DNA of 64,000 nt from the human T2T-CHM13v2.0 reference genome, Homo sapiens, in assembly GCF_009914755.1 (NCBI RefSeq), contig NC_060931.1; one strand, given 5' to 3'. The notes under the pieces were generated by a model, which saw only the letters and a program-made list of their open reading frames with translations, searched no databases and was not told the DNA's origin. Positions 62,365-64,000 of the stretch are shown piece by piece; within the stretch, counting starts at the first letter, position 1, and every line of letters begins with the position of its first letter. Position numbers and translations under genes: made by a program.

Positions 62365-63270
62365 GAGACCTCAAGATGGCTGACTAGAGGGCCAGCTGTC
62401 ATTTTCTTCCTCCACAAAGAAGAACCCAAATAGTGAGTACATAAGCATACGTCTAATAGATCATCTAAAAGAGAACACTGGAATTTAACAGAGAAGTGAC
62501 AGAAAACACCTGAAGCAAGGAAGGAGAGGGAAATGAGGTAGCTTTCTGGGCCAGGATTGGCTGGGAGCCCAGAGATGGTCCCCACTGTGGAAAAAAGGTA
62601 AGTGAGAGATCTTCCAGGGGTCCAGATTCCCAGGGTGGACTCCTGCATTGCTAGACGCAAGAAAGCCCCTCCATCCTCTGGGCCCCTGAGACTGATTTAG
62701 GGAGTTGCCTGAAAACAGCACAGGGGCATTGCTCCAGAGAGGGAGATCACACTGAGTATCTCCCTAACTCCCAGTTAGCACAGCACCATTTTGAAAGTCC
62801 AGTCCCCACCAAACTGCATCCTCCCCTGAGGTTCAACAGCCCCTGTACCTCCACATTCCTGGAGCCCCACTGACATCCTCAGTAGAGCCACTGTCACTCA
62901 GTAGAGCTACTAGTAGCCACTGTCCCTGCTGGCTGCTATTCCCAGGGCCAAAGCCAGAGCCAATGGCAGTGACCCCTGTCCCCCCAGCAGCAGGGTGGCT
63001 GTGCATTTTCAGGGTGCCCTAAGGAAAGCCTACCTCACCCACATCTGCCATGGCTTCAGGCTGCTGCTGCCACGTGGCTGAAACCCCAGCTACTGGCAGC
63101 AACCCTGTCCACCAAGCAGGAAGACTGCAGCATAGCCAAAGTCACTCTCACCTAAGCAATCCATCAGGAGCCTGGGCATCACCCTGCCCCTGCCCACCAT
63201 GGCCAGGGCCCCTTCTGCACCACTAGGGGTTCTGAAGGCAGGACCTCAGGCCATTTCCACCCCTCCAGTG
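62365..63270 (+). mobile_element. Old L1 5' UTR (L1PB/L1MA-type)
   Basis: Starts with YY1-type CAAGATGGCTGACTAGA; C-rich 5' UTR-like composition. Confidence 0.75.
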
Positions 63271-64000
63271 CAATTATTCATTGCCTGCATACAGAAAAAC
63301 AATTGATATTTTATATTAACCTTGTTAATCCTGCACCATGGACAAACCCATTTATTGATTTTAGTTTTCTGGTATACTTTTCTGGATTTCAAAATATGTA
63401 CACATCCATGTTATTTGCAACTAAACAGTTTGCTTACTTCTTTCTAATCTTTTTACCCATTATTTCTTTTTCTTGCTTTATTACACATGGTAGGGCATCT
63501 AATACAATGTTGAATAGAAATCGTGAGAGTTTTGTTCCTGACTTCAGGGTGAAAACATTTACTCGTTCATTATTTAGTATGTTAGCTATGGATTTTTCAT
63601 CAACAACAGTGTAAGAGCAAGCATGTTCCTTTCTGGTCCCAGTATGCTAATAATTATTTTAAAATCATGAGTAGGTGTTGAATTTCACCAAACACTTTTT
63701 CTCACATTTATTACAATCATATGTCTTTTTCTCCTTTAGTCTGTTAATATAGAAAATTATACTGATTGATTTTGCATGACTATGCAACCCTGCATTCTGG
63801 AGATAAACCCTAGTTAGTAATAATGCATTCATTATCCTTTTAATATGCCGCTATACTTAATTTGATAAAATTTAAAAGAATCTTTGCATACATGTATATA
63901 TTTACAACAGATGGTGAACTGTAATTTCTCTTTCTTGTAATATTCATGTTTGTTTAAAATAAAATGGGAAATATCCACTTCTCTAATTCTCTAACATTGG
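63271..64000 (-). mobile_element. Old L1M ORF2 fragment
   Basis: AATACAATGTTGAATAG, TGTTGAATTTCACCAAAC, AACCCTGCATTCTGGAGATAAACCC. Confidence 0.8.

Noticed and set aside
62229-62660. 143-aa minus-strand ORF (possible L1 ORF0 analogue)
   Set aside because: Runs across a Tigger fragment and an old L1 5' UTR; chance ORF with no similarity to ORF0 that I can recognise.

Overview
Human (or great-ape) genomic DNA, not microbial. The only supportable protein-coding sequence is the first coding exon of CADPS2 (CAPS2, Ca2+-dependent secretion activator 2) on the minus strand (ATG at 16903, splice donor after 16565, 113 codons). It lies in a CpG-island promoter (~16150-17700). Positions 1-16564 are the start of intron 1. 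Positions ~17700-64000 are upstream intergenic DNA dominated by transposable elements: about 19 Alu/FLAM/FRAM copies, several L1s (one twin-primed 5'-inverted L1PA), L2/MIR, hAT DNA transposons, a dense run of solo LTRs (THE1/MST, MER41A, MLT1/MLT2, MER61-like, MER4-group) and a decayed ERVL provirus. Nearly all other ORFs in the track are Alu/L1/LTR or chance ORFs. I found no convincing novel biological system. The best second-look items are insertion and rearrangement structures, candidate regulatory motifs in LTRs, and candidate RNA-processing signals in intron 1. Repeat subfamily names come from recalled consensus sequences and need RepeatMasker/Dfam confirmation; boundaries without TSDs are approximate.
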